Assembly (NCBI GenBank): GCA_964016885.1
Contig: OZ024750.1
Span: 11,160,001-11,224,000 of the forward strand
Length of the DNA: 64,000 nt
Origin: Eledone cirrhosa
Taxonomy: Eukaryota
Reading direction: 5' to 3'
The notes below the pieces were generated by a model that did not search any database, had not been told where the DNA came from, and worked only from the letters and a program-made list of their open reading frames with translations. Made by a program: the position numbers and the translations under genes. Shown here piece by piece: positions 40,681-57,103 of this stretch (positions are counted from its first letter, which is position 1; each line of letters begins with the position of its first letter).

Positions 40681-40805
<125 letters not shown>

Positions 40806-40859
40806 TATATATATATATATATATATATATTAGTATATATATAATTAGTATATATATAA

Positions 40860-41170
40860 AAAATGTCAAAACAACAGATGGGAATCTAATTAATCACTGC
40901 CACCAAGAATTCTCACTGCTATCGAAAAACCACTCCTTCAACTATTCTTCTAACAACTTCACCCCTTCCTCCTAATATTCTCTATAAAAACTAAATAGGT
41001 CCTCAGTAATATTATTCTGATGAAATGACAGTAAACAATAACATTGAAATATTGAATGTCTGCATAACTAAAAGTTTGTAGATAGCTGTTTTAGGTTATG
41101 TAACTGTTATAGAAACACGTGTCAATAAATTCCTTTCAACTAAACTGTATCCATTCAAATCTTTCTATTA
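40860..41170 (+). mobile_element. PLE 3' end / pseudo-LTR in (TA)n
   Basis: Possible ORF tail (NLINHCHQEFSLL, cf. ELI.KCRH..KF.L) followed by a hammerhead; (TA)n on both sides. Confidence 0.6.
41012..41128 (+). ncRNA. Type I hammerhead with a large branched stem II
   Basis: TTATT-CTGATGA-aATGACAGT-(70 nt)-ACTGTTATa-GAAA-CACGTG-TC-AATAA. Confidence 0.8.
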
Positions 41171-41219
41171 GTATATATATATATATATTAGTATATATGT
41201 ATATATATATGTTAGTATA

Positions 41220-41780
41220 TATACATATACAGACGTACAGTAGAATGTATATATATATACATACATACACACATATATATATGTACGTATGGATTCACCA
41301 AACATTTATTATAATGCTCGGTGTGTTTGTAAACAAGTATCCCGTATTAAGCCGTAGTGTCTAGCAACCACCGTTGCTCGTTTGTTCAACACTGACAAAG
41401 GAACGCTGTACGAGTTTCAAGCTCGTTTATCGTTTTCGGTGCACCCGGCCGATTAACCCACTCGATATGCAAATTGGGCTACTCAGCCGTTAATATTCAT
41501 AAGGAAAGTATATACTTTCGGACGTTCAACAATCTGGCAGGAAGGTATACGTTGCTGACGATAGCTAACAAGCTTGAAACTAGTACAGCGTTCCTTTGTC
41601 AGTGTTGAACAAACGAGCAACGGTGCTTGCTATACACTACGGCTTAATACGGGATGTTTGTTTACAAACACACCGAACATTATAATAAGTGTTTGGTGAA
41701 TCCATACGTACATATATATATATATATGTGTACATGTATGTATATATATATACATACTACTGTACGTCTGTATACATATA
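41220..41780. mobile_element. Fold-back element, about 200-bp inverted arms, one full and one half hammerhead
   Basis: Arms about 41220-41423 and 41571-41780, spacer about 147 nt, in TA-rich repeats. Confidence 0.8.
41549..41591 (+). ncRNA. Minimal type I hammerhead ribozyme motif
   Basis: ACGTTG-CTGACGA-tAGCT aaca AGCTt-GAAA-CTAG-TA-CAGCGT; palindromic stem III, GUA at 41583-41585. Confidence 0.85.
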
Positions 41781-42261
41781 TGTATGTACGTATACATACT
41801 TGTATATATATATATATAACGTATATATATATATATATATATATGCATATATATTCGGTGTTTCTAGGGCATTTTTCAACCAGGTGGAGACCACCCCTCT
41901 CCAAGTTTAAACACAGCAGATTTCTTCAAGGGAAGGATAGTAAGGGAGAAAGAGATATAGAGGAAGTATCGATCCCAGTACTAGACTCGTCCTTTTTTTT
42001 TATCGCCCTCGAAATGTTGAAAGGAAAAGTTGACCAGGGTGGATTTGAACTCAGAAAGCTGGGACAAATACTACAAGTCATTTAATCCGACGTTCTAACG
42101 ACTCAGTCAATTCACCGTCTGATATATACTCTTTTACTCTTTTACCTGTTCCAGCCATCCGGCTGAGGCCATGCTGGGGCACCGCCCTTGGGGTGTAGTA
42201 TATAATTTTGATAAAATATGAACTAATTGTGACAAATAATTTACTGGTACAACTTTATAAT

Positions 42262-42844
42262 CGTTTCTACTTTTGACACAAGGCCAGCAATTAAATCAGT
42301 ACATTACTGGTACTTTATTTATTCGACCCCGTAAGGATTAGAGGCAAAGTTAACCTCGGCGGGATTTGAACTCAGATCATAAAGGGCGGTAACTCTATGT
42401 TGCAAAGCATGGCGTCCGACCCTCTACCGATACTGCCAATCCACCGCATTATAGGGCGGTGTGTTGGCAGTATCAGTAGAGGGTCGGACGCCATGCGTTG
42501 ACGCAAAGAGTTACGTCCCTTTACGATCTGAGTTCAAATCCCGCCGAGGTTGACTTTGCCTTTCATCCTTACGGGGTCGATAAAATAAAGTACCAGTAAT
42601 GCACTGAGGTAATTGCCGGCCTTGTGTCAAAAGTAGAAACAATTATAACTTTATAATTGTTTCTACTTTAGGCACAAGGCCAGCAATTACCTCAGTGCAT
42701 TACTGGTACTTTATTTTATCGACCCCGTAAGGATGAAAGGCAAAGTCAACCTCGGCGGGATTTGAACTCAGATCGTAAAGGGACGTAACTATGGTGGAAA
42801 GCATGGCGTCCGACCCTCCACCGATACTGCCAACCCACCGCCCT
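42262..42844. mobile_element. Three adjacent SINE family 1 copies in alternating orientation (-,+,-)
   Basis: About 42262-42447 (-), 42453-42646 (+), 42655-42844 (-). Confidence 0.92.
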
Positions 42845-43329
42845 TAACTTTATAATGAAGGCAATTAATATGTGAGAAACCCGTTACTATACCAGCCCAT
42901 GTTTCTTGGTGTATGCAGGCATGTTTAATAGAACACATTTCCTTTATCAGCATCGTTGCACTGACATGCATTACAATTCGTGAGCTTCTATACCCCATGT
43001 ATGTTTGTACGTAATTTCATTAGAACATGAAAATACTCCTTCGATATATAACTGGGATTATAGTGGCTTGGTTCAAATTCGTTTGGACCACTTCCCACGT
43101 GACTTTGAATAGTAGCGTTTATCTATACTGGACTCATATACCGCAGGGTAACTACTGCATAATTTAGGTTTTAACGTTGAAAGTTTATAGTTTTAAAACA
43201 AAGTAAAATGTGGTTAGAGAGGAAAAACAAACGTATGAAAGAGAATAAATAAAAGAAACTTGAGAAGTCTGCATGTCTCCTCAAAGAGAGGCATGTATGT
43301 TGTGCTCAGTTTTAAAGTGTTACAATCAC

Positions 43330-44935
<1,606 letters not shown>

Positions 44936-45273
44936 CAGATGGAGAGAGAGGTGCTGTACCCCAGCAAATTTTATAAAAGGTGGGTGGAAGTGGCAAAGAT
45001 GGCCCGAGTGGTTGGGCCTTCTCTCTATATAAGCCTGTAGGTTGAGGAAAAGGAGGAAGAGAGGAAGGGAGTACTCACTCTTGGTGCTCCTGGAGATGAG
45101 GGTTGTACATTTTTTCGGGGTGTGTACAACCCCTGTGTAACACCTCCCCCCTATTGGGGACATCAATTGTTATTCGTTATTTTATTAATAGTTTTATTTT
45201 CATATACCTGTATGTAAACTCCCCATTTGTATTTGTCCCCTTCTTTTGTGCCCTTGTGGCTAATAAAGAAACA

Positions 45274-45323
<50 letters not shown>

Positions 45324-45718
45324 CCTTCTCTTTACATAAGCCTGTAGGTGGAAAAGAGGAAGGAACGAGGGAGCACCCCCTCTCTGTGCTCCTGAGGAAA
45401 AGGGTTGCACACTTTTTTCGGGGGTGTGTGCGACCCCCCAAGGCGCCTCCTCTCTATTGAGGATTTTGTTAAAAATTTTATTTTTTGTTATATCTTATTT
45501 TATTTTTACATTTTGTTATTGCCTCCTCCTTATTGAGGACGCCTTTTTGTGTAAACTCCCCCCTTTGTACTTGTCCCACTTTTGATGCCCTAGTGGCAAA
45601 TAAAAGAAACTTATCTATCTATCTTTGTTTTTATATTTTTTACACGACTGTATGTAAAATCCCCGGCATGTCTTTGTATTGTCCCCTTTCTTGTTGCGCC
45701 CTTGTGGCTAATAAAGAA

Positions 45719-45765
<47 letters not shown>
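44936..45765 (+). mobile_element. Stack of three L1/Tx1-like LINE 3' ends with (TATC)n tails
   Basis: First copy encodes QMEREVLYPSKFYKRWVEVAKMARV; each ends tgtaaa...ttgt...gccc.tgtggc.AATAAA followed by (TATC)n (AATAAA near 45262, 45599, 45710). Confidence 0.65.
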
Positions 45766-45767
<2 letters not shown>

Positions 45768-45889
45768 ACTACAGCCCTTTCCATCTCTCCCTCCTCACCC
45801 CTAATTCCTACCCAGGTATTTCAAAACATTTCACTATTTCCATGCTTTTGCTGACACTTCTCTTACAGCTGATAAAAAGATCACTGCTG

Positions 45890-46570
45890 TCGCATTTTAT
45901 GTTGCTGCTGCTCTTGTTGTTGTTCTTGTTGTTGTTACTGTTGTTACTGTCGTTTCTATTTTTGTTGCTACTACTTCTTTTGTTGCTGTTACTGCTGCTG
46001 TTTCTCTTGCAGTTGTCATTCTTACTGCCGCTGCTACTGGTGCTGTTGCTGTTCTTATCACCACCACCACCGCCGCCGCCGCCGCCGCTCTCGTCGCCAA
46101 CACCACCATTGCGCTGTTGCTGTTATCACTGCCGCCGCCAACACCATCGCCACTACCATTGCGCTGTTGCTGTTACTGCTGCTGCTGCTGCTGCTGCTAT
46201 TGCTGATGCTGCTGTTATCACCGCCGCCGCCATCACTATCGCACCCGCCATTGCGCTGTTGCTGTTAATGCTGCTGCTGCTATTGCTGATGCTGCTGTTA
46301 TCACCGCCGCCGCCATCACTATCGCGCCCGCCATTGCGCTGTTGCTGTTAATGCTGCTGCTGCTGCTATTGCTGATGCTGCTGTTTACACCGCCGCCGCC
46401 GCCGCCATCACTATCGCACCCGCCATTGCCCTGTTGCTGTTAATGCTGCTGTCGCTGCTGATGCTGCTGTTATCACCGCCGCCGCCATCACTATCGCACC
46501 CGCCATTGCGCTGTTGCTGTTAATGCTGCTGTCGCTGCTGATGCTGCTACTATTACGACCGCGACTGATG
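45890..46570. repeat. GCT/GCC-rich degenerate repeat with a 60-80-bp higher-order unit
   Basis: gctgctgttatcaccgccgccgccatcactatcgcacccgccattgcgctgttgctgttaat repeated about 5 times. Confidence 0.85.
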
Positions 46571-46644
46571 TTTAAACCCACTTTCGTCTAATAAGACTCA
46601 CAGTTGTGAAGACGCGGGAAAGTTCATTGAATTCAGATTTCGCG

Positions 46645-46721
<77 letters not shown>

Positions 46722-46772
46722 AATATAAATATAGATAACAGTTGAGTATGTAGAAAATGTAGTGTTTTGACG

Positions 46773-46827
<55 letters not shown>

Positions 46828-47056
46828 GGGTAGAAATATAATACCGTAAACCTACACAAAATAAACAACAAGCCCAAAAAAAAAGAAATAATTACAAACA
46901 AAAATACTTTTAAAAAAATACAGAAAAAAATACAACAAAATAATAACAACTACATAAAATGATATAATGCTGTTTTCTTAATACAGTTGCCTGGCAACAT
47001 GATGATCATGATGATAGTAATAATAATATACTAGAATGAAAAAGAAATAAACAATT

Positions 47057-47099
<43 letters not shown>

Positions 47100-48050
47100 A
47101 TTTCAGTTGCGGAACAAAACAATACAAAATGGAAATAGTCAGATAGATAAAAAGATAATAAAGAAAAAAACACAGTATTGAAAATAATAATATTTCTGTA
47201 TGAAATATATACTTTTGAAAATTTCAATAGAAAAAGGAAAACGTTTTAAATGTTTTATTGAAACTGAAAAAAAAAAGCATTAATTAATACAATCCAAGAA
47301 TAATAAAGATATATTATTTATAAATATATTTTACTACAATCGGAAAGTGGAAACTTTACTATTGTTTACACACATAAAAGAAATCGCGGATTAAATTGAA
47401 TTAAAGGAAGAAAAAAAGGTGAAAAAAAACGAAACAAATGAAACATCAAAAGTATACAAGGTATTTCATTTAGAAAAAAAAAAAAGGAACGCAACAAATA
47501 ATTGTTGGTGATTGGAAATCTTAATCGCCGTTATCGACATTCTCATCACATTATCACAAATAGATGAAGTTATCGCAAATCGCAGATATAAAAATGTTTA
47601 ACATTCTATGATTCTATTTTTTCCTTAGAAACAAAAGAGAAAAAAAATCTATATACATATATATATAGGAAAACCACACTTTCTTTGTTATATATATATA
47701 TAATGATCTTATTTACAAAACAGTAAACATAAGAAAACTTTTATTTTTCGAAGGAGTTCTTGAGAGATTTACTTATGAACTGTTGCTTCGTCAGTTTTCA
47801 TAAACATCTAACGTACGTATATATCTATCTATTTGTATATATTTATATATATATATATATACTCTGCTTTATCTAAATATTTATATCTTATATATACATC
47901 TATATCAATAACTTTATATAACTGTTAAAGTATATATATTTAAATAAATTATTATCATCTTCAATTATTTTATTTAATTAACTTGGTATATATATATATA
48001 CAATACACAATATCTCTTTCTCTCTCACTCTCTCTCTCTTTCTCGCACGC

Positions 48051-48126
<76 letters not shown>

Positions 48127-48361
48127 TGAAAAGATAGCAAGGACGATTGGTTACTCCTTCATTACATTTATTGGTAGGTGACGCGCGTTTCGCCACTGAT
48201 TCGATCTGTATCGATCTTACCCGACTCTATAATCCGCAGCTCGACGGATCCCTTAAAATGCTAGTATAAATTTCATATATATATATATATATAAGTTCCT
48301 AATATATATATATATATATATATAAAAGTTCCTAATATATATATATATATATATATTGGTC

Positions 48362-48424
<63 letters not shown>

Positions 48425-48451
48425 TTCCTAATATATATATATGAAAGTTTC

Positions 48452-48494
<43 letters not shown>

Positions 48495-49174
48495 TTTCAT
48501 TTTCGGTGTTTGTCCGAACGCAGATACCCGACTTGCGCACACACGCACACATATCGCGCACACACGCACACATATCGCGCACACACGCACACATATCGCG
48601 CACACACGCACACATACCGCGCACACACGCACACACTCAAGCGCCTACGATTATATTTCTAAAAGAATATATCACCCAGTTTCTTCAACTAGTACCTTTA
48701 TATTCATATAATAACATATTAGTGTTATAGTTGTAGTTGTTCTTGTTAAACCCTAAATAATCCCTGTTTTAATACAACTACAACTATGATAACCCTCTGT
48801 AAATTATTTCACTCTCAATAAATCCGCTTGTTGTTATTTTTAAGGTGTGATTTCAGGTACAATTAGCTGCTATTTTTAGCAAGTTGTTATACCATGCTGT
48901 TGGCTGGTCGAGACAAAGATTAATAGATTTCCTTGATACACGTTATTTACCGGTCAATTAGGTGTCGCTTGGAGAAATTCATAGAGTCTTAAAGAAAAAC
49001 TTCGCCGTATTTAAACAGAAGTTTTGAGTTCAAGTCACACTGGGATAATCTATATTTTCATCCATATGAGAGACATAAAATAAAATACTAGTTATATACT
49101 GGGGATTCTGTTCACTCTAGAGCTCCCTTCTGTAAATTTCGTGTCCGTTTGCATATTTTAAAAAATATTATTAT

Positions 49175-50025
49175 GTTGGGGGATTAACAGCATCTGTAGA
49201 TCATCGGACAACATGCTGTGTGGCATCGAGTTGCGGCACTTTACGTCTAAGTTCAAATCCCGCCGATGTTAGCTTTGCCTTTCATCTTTAAGGGGTCGAT
49301 AAAATAAAGTACCAGTAATGCACTGGGTCGATTTAATCGACTTTCCCCCCTCTCACTAAATTGCTGGCCTTGTACTTATAGTAGAAATAATAATTGTTTC
49401 TACTTTTGGCACAAAGCCAGCAAATACCCAGTGCATTACTGGTACTTTTTTTTTATCAACCCAGTAATGTTAACCTCGGTGCGATTTGAACTCAAACTAT
49501 GCTACAATGTATAAATAATTGTTTCTACTTTTGGCATAAGGCCAGCAATTATTCCAGTGTATTACTGGTACTTAACAGCAATGTATAAATAATAATTATT
49601 ATTATTGGCAGTATCGGTAGAGGGTCGGACGCCATGCTTTGACGCATAGAGTTACGGCCCTTGCCATTCTGAGTTCAAATCCCGCCGAGGTTAACTTCGC
49701 CTTTCATCCTTGCGGGGTCGATAAAATAAAGTACCAGTCATGCACTGGGTAATTGCTGGCCTTGTGCCCAAAGTAGAAACAATTATTACGTAAAATAAGG
49801 TACCAGTCAAGTCCTAGGGTCGATATAATAGTATTTCTGCTGGTCTTGAGCCAATGATGGAATGAATTATTGTTGATGTTGTTGTTATTGTTAGTGGTCG
49901 TGGTGGTGACGGTGGTGGTATTATTGGAGATCGAAATATACAGTAGCAGTAAAATACTAAGGATGATAAAATCGATGTACCCCACCCCAAATTGCTGGCT
50001 TGTAACTAAATTAGAAACATTTGTT
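49175..50025. mobile_element. Cluster of SINE family 1 copies and fragments, both strands
   Basis: About 49175-49390 (+), 49390-49500 (-), 49515-49573 (-), 49605-49785 (+), 49950-50025 degenerate. Confidence 0.85.
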
Positions 50026-50084
50026 ATTGCAGTTGTTGTTGGTGTTATTATTGTGAAGGAATGTGTGTTGCTTTTTTTTTTAAG

Positions 50085-50480
50085 AATGCACACACGATCC
50101 TAAAGTCTCGAGTTCAAATCCCAGACCAAGCCACATGTTGCGTCCTTGAGCAAGACACTTTATTTCACGTTGCTCCAGTCCTCTCAGCTGGCATGAATGA
50201 GTTGTACCTGTAATTCGAAGCACCAGCCTTGTCACATTATGTGTCACGCTGAATCTCCCTGAGAACTACGTTAAGTGTAAGCGTGCCTGTGGAATGCTCA
50301 GCCACTTGCGCGTTAATTTCACGAGCAGGCTATTCCGTTGATCGTATCAACTAGAACCTCGTCATCGTAACCGACGGAGTGCCAGTTATATGTTAAAGCC
50401 ACACGTGTCTGTGAAAACTCAGGTACTTGCTGGTTAATTTTATATGCAGGCTGTTCCGTATGTCGAAAAGGTGGAACAAT
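50085..50480 (+). mobile_element. SINE family 2-related copy with partial tail duplication
   Basis: GAGTTCAAATCC...GTCCTTGAGCAAGACACTTTATTTCACGTTGCTCC; segment gttaattt...gcaggct.ttccgt repeated. Confidence 0.7.
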
Positions 50481-50644
50481 CAAAGTCCAACACAAACGCA
50501 GAATACTCACAGTATTTTGTTTTTACACCACCACCACCATCATCGCCACCACCATCATCATCATCATCATCCTCATCATCACCATTATCATTATTAATGT
50601 TATTTTATTGTTGTTTTTATTATTACATGCTCTGCAGTATATAG

Positions 50645-50810
50645 TTACAACCCGTTACATTCTGAGTTCGCATCCCGCCGAGGTTAACTTTGCCTTTCAT
50701 CCTTACGGGGTCGATAAAATAAAGTACCAGTAACGTTCTGGGGTCGATTTAATCGACCCCCCCCCCAAAAAAAAAAAATTGCTGGCCTTGTACCTATAGT
50801 AGAGATCATG
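50645..50810 (+). mobile_element. SINE family 1 (long-tail variant)
   Basis: Core match plus GGGGTCGATTTAATCGACCCC hairpin. Confidence 0.85.
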
Positions 50811-51165
50811 ATTATTATTATTATTACATATCATTGCTCTTGGCAATGGAATGTGTTCGTGTGATAGGCTAAAGAGAGAATCAAAGGTGAGAATGTTTTT
50901 TTCTTTGCTAATTAGTGAAAATGTTTTCTTACGCGAAAATGTAATGTTTGTTTTTGTTTTTTCCTATTTTATACAAAGGATACATGAATCGAAACTTCGA
51001 TATACAGCACGAGTATTTGTATATATGTATATATATATATTTTAGTTTTATTTACAACTTTGTGACGTCACTGCATCTTCAGTTATCTACCGAGTTATAC
51101 ATGCTTAGAAACACACGTACACACACATATACATGCATAGAAACATAGATAAATACATACATACA

Positions 51166-51476
51166 TACTCTCGGGTCCAAAATAATAAGGGGCTAGAATA
51201 AGCGGAGAGGGGTGGAAAATCTGTAAATTTTTTAAAGCCAGAATTAGTCGTTTAGTTTACATATTGAGACCCCAACCAATCCTATTTATTTCATAACATA
51301 TGTATAATGTTTTTTTTTTTAAATGTTTACATAAAATTAATTGTCGCGGGAATGCTACAACTTAAAATGAAATTTCGCAGGGGATAGATTAGCGAAATTT
51401 AATAAGGGTGGAAAATTATGAAAAAAATTAACAAGTTTTCGGTGGGGGTGGGGCGATTATTCTCGACCCGAGGGTA
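51166..51476. mobile_element. MITE
   Basis: TIRs TACTCTCGGGTCCAAAATAAT / ATTATTCTCGACCCGAGGGTA. Confidence 0.65.
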
Positions 51477-53896
51477 CGTTTGTACACTTACAGACTATCT
51501 TAAAAGTTTACTACGAAAGATTTTATTGAAATAAAAGTTCAAACATATTGTTAAGTTACACATCGAAATGATTTGTAGGATGTATAAATGAAACAACTTA
51601 AGCCGCAGTGATTTCACAAATATTTGTTTCTACTTTTGGCACAAGGCCAGCAATTATCCCAGTGTATTACCACACATATATTACCACGTATTCTTTTTTT
51701 TCTTTGTGTCACTGTTTATATCTTTCTGGGGGTATTTTAATTAAAGTTGTTATGAAAAGTCATTGAACTGTAGAATGTTATAAACACAAATGAGGTGTTA
51801 TTTCTTATGGGTTTATATACAAGTGTGATCCATCATTTCCTGTGGACAACATAATGAACTCTCATTTTATTAGAAACATCTTTCATTTGAATACTTACTA
51901 ACTATCAAGACTTTAGATAAGAAACATTAATAAGTTTATCTGTAATTTTGGATTGATATTGCGTTTCTAAAATTAATGAAACTGTCTTTCATACTCGAAG
52001 ATGAGTCTAGAAATAATTGATAAAGTCTGTCAGTGTTTATTATATAGTATAAATGGACATAATATCTTTCAATAAGTGTTAAAATCCATCATCGTAATTG
52101 GTATAACACTATATATACCTGATTAAATAAGGGGATAGTTGTCTACGATATGTATGAATGTCTAATTATTTATTGCTTTTGCATAATTCCACAGCGATTT
52201 AACACGATCTCTTCATATTGGATATTTTATACAGAGAACAACAAAAATATCTCCTACATTTTAATAGTTGACCGAATAAAATATGGGAGATTTTTCTGCT
52301 GCACGCTGTATAAGTTAACCAGCCCTCTAATATACAATACCTACTTTTCTACATCTATTGAATATTGTCTGTCGTTAACAATTCTATTTTCTAGGAAATC
52401 CTCTCGTTCTTTAAAGACTTTATTTTCTAGAAATCTACTTATCATTCTTTGCTAAGGAAAACAATTCTATATTCACTTTTGCCGAGGTATAAATATATAT
52501 TTTTGTAGGGTAGTTGAAGGTAACACAGCAAAGATATTATTTCAGTAATTTTATTATCTTTCGTTTTCTCTTAACAGGTTTAGACATTTTTGTAGCAGGG
52601 TAGATTTTATTTTCACTCTATATTATTTTTAAGATCAGTAAACATGTCCGAGCTGTAAGTTTTATCTACACTTTACATTTGAAAACCTTCTATAAATCCA
52701 TTTTATGTTTAAATCCATCATTATAAAAGGAATGAAATCGAGGATTACATACATGCAATAAGAGGAGAAATCAGAAGATACAGGTAACGGATGCGAGAGA
52801 ACAAAAAGAGAGAACTAAGGGAATGTTTTAAGCCAAAAGCAAGGGATAATAAACGTCAGCATTTCTAAGTGAAAGCCAATGGAATATTTACGATAACAAA
52901 GAAGAAATCAAGAAGTGGTAAACGAGAACACGAGCAGTGGAGAGTGAGCTGATTATCAGTGACATCTTCAAGAATGCAATCGAGTTTGGTGTAAAAACGT
53001 GAATCAAAATCTAATGCCCAGTTTAAGAAATTTACGATAAAAGAAAATGCAGCGTCAGAGACGACTTGTTGCTCCTGTGAAATGACAGAGAGCAAATTCC
53101 AGTTGAATTATCAGAGAAATGGACAGATCGTATTCTCGACTTTGCGTTTTGAGATTCCGAAATGAGCCTCTAAACCTTTGTCATAACTCTAAAGTTCGAT
53201 TCCTGCCTCTGCAACCTAGTCCAAATCAACTGGAACTATTCCATGTTGCCATTAAGGAGAAATCGAATTTCAGCGAATTATCTAACACAGTAATTGTAGA
53301 GTTTCCTTTACTTCCCTTACTGCACCTTAATGAAGAAAAAACAAAGACAGACCTTGTTTAAGAATTCAAGGACAGTCACTCCATTCTTCCCCACCCCCTA
53401 CATACGGGAAATAGTCGCCCAGAATATAACCAAACTTTACTTTATTGATGATAATAAAGCTTTACAATACCAGATTGAAGCTTTAAAACAAATTCAGAAT
53501 AGGTGCTTAATGTGATAAATGTAATAAAATGACGATATTTCATAAGCCATATGTTCAAATATACGAACAAGACTTTGGGAGAGCTGGGGAAAAGTAGGTG
53601 CACGGAAAAATACATTTCCCCGTGAATATAAACTGCATTTCTAACAAAGAGCTAAATATATGCGGTACAATTGTTCCATGTCTTTGTGTAAACATAGAGT
53701 TCCACTAAAAACAATAGACATTATACTTCATCTAAGAAATATTACACCTATAAGTATCTCATATTACCTTGTCTTCTGGTGTATATATCAATAGCAAAGC
53801 TGGAAGGCACACGTTCAAATATAATAAAACAACTCTTTACGTTCTGATTTGAAATCCAAACGTGATCATATTTATCCGAGCTAGATAAAATATAAT

Positions 53897-54193
53897 ATCA
53901 ACCTCCGGGGAAACGCCTTCTCCATTCTGTCCACCGGGGCTGTTGGGAGGCCAGCACGTGGGACCCCATGGGCCAGCACGCGGGGCCAGCACATCGCCCC
54001 CCGCCCCCATACAGAGAGATGGGGGGGGGGGGGGCGATGACAGTGGGAGTTCGGCTCTTCAACGTTCGGACCATATCCTTGTGGTTGTGTTCATTATCAA
54101 TAAAGTTCATTCTATTATGTAAAACCCTCGCCGTCCCGTCTTGTAATGTCCCATTTTTGTACGCCCCTGTGGCAAATAAAGAAAGATATCTAT
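53897..54193 (+). mobile_element. L1/Tx1-like 3' end
   Basis: Ends tgtaaaacc...tttttgtacgcccctgtggcaAATAAAgaaagatatctat, like the 45 kb copies. Confidence 0.55.
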
Positions 54194-54592
54194 AGAGTTC
54201 ATTCTATTAGTTGTGATCATCTCAAGCTAATAACATTGCTGTAAATATCGTGAACGTTAAAAGACACAGCCTAACAGGCACAATTCAGTCACTCCACCCT
54301 CACCACCTTAACTTAAACTCTAGTAACTGACAGTACTTGTGTCATTACTATATAGCCCCCCACCTCCTGCCCCCAAATACAATGGATTTGTGTGTAAAAT
54401 ACAAAGTACCTTTATTATCATTACTATATCATTACTATTACTAATTCTTTGTACTATCATTTGGGGATGAATGGCAACTCTCAGTAGGTGGGTATCGATT
54501 AGGAATACGGTAGAAAAGAACTTATCAATACCTACGTATTGGATCAATATTTCATTCATGGATTTGAACACATGAGCTAAAGGGCCGTAACT

Positions 54593-56352
<1,760 letters not shown>

Positions 56353-56356
56353 TAAC

Positions 56357-56407
56357 AAATTAAGCAAAGAATCGCTACTTTCACCCTTAACGGGATCTTC
56401 TGAAACT
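56357..56407 (-). ncRNA. Degenerate type I hammerhead (core U4 to A)
   Basis: Minus strand: AGTTT-CAGAAGA-TCCC gttaa GGGT-GAAA-GTA gcgattctt TGC-TT-AATTT. Confidence 0.55.
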
Positions 56408-57064
56408 AACAGATTATATATATAAGGAAAACTCTGATATAACACCTGCAACTCTGATGGTATCCAATGATGTTGACTTGTTCTTCTTTTTGGTAAATAT
56501 CATCTTGGTTAAGAGAGTGGGACTGGCTTTGTGCAGTGCCTTTGCTCACTATAAAAGCTTCACGGCACAGGCATTGCTTTATATCTGGAGATCTCTCTGC
56601 ACTTGTCATCACATGGTACCATGGGCCCAGCACTATGTGTCAATAATTGTCACAAGTGTTGTCACAAGTGTAGTGTTTGTACCAGAGTTTTCAAGTCGCT
56701 GGCTGGACTGAAAAGTCACATTCGTTCAGCGCATCGGTAGGAGTTCTCCTACATGGATATAAAGTAGTGGCCGTACTCTAAAACGAGTTGGCAGCCACCA
56801 TATATATATATATAATAGGTGGCTATATGAAAGCATATACTACAGGTATATATTTGAAGTCTGGTACTTATTTTATAGATCTCTTTTTTGTGGAAACGAT
56901 ACTTTAAGGGGGATATAAGCATACACAATCTTACACATACACACACACATACACACACTCACCGATATATATATATATATATAAATGGAAAAAATGAAAC
57001 GAAATTTCATTTCTAACTCTTTGAACGGCTGTTACTTAAATATAAGTAAGTATACGTATACATA

Positions 57065-57103
<39 letters not shown>

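Noticed and set aside
45485-46351. 288-aa Leu/Pro/Ala-rich ORF
   Set aside because: Runs through LINE 3' UTRs, TATC and GCT/GCC repeats; no domain signal
53897-53945. Possible 5' inversion (twin priming) of the Tx1-like copy
   Set aside because: Minus-strand peptide too short to assign without a family consensus
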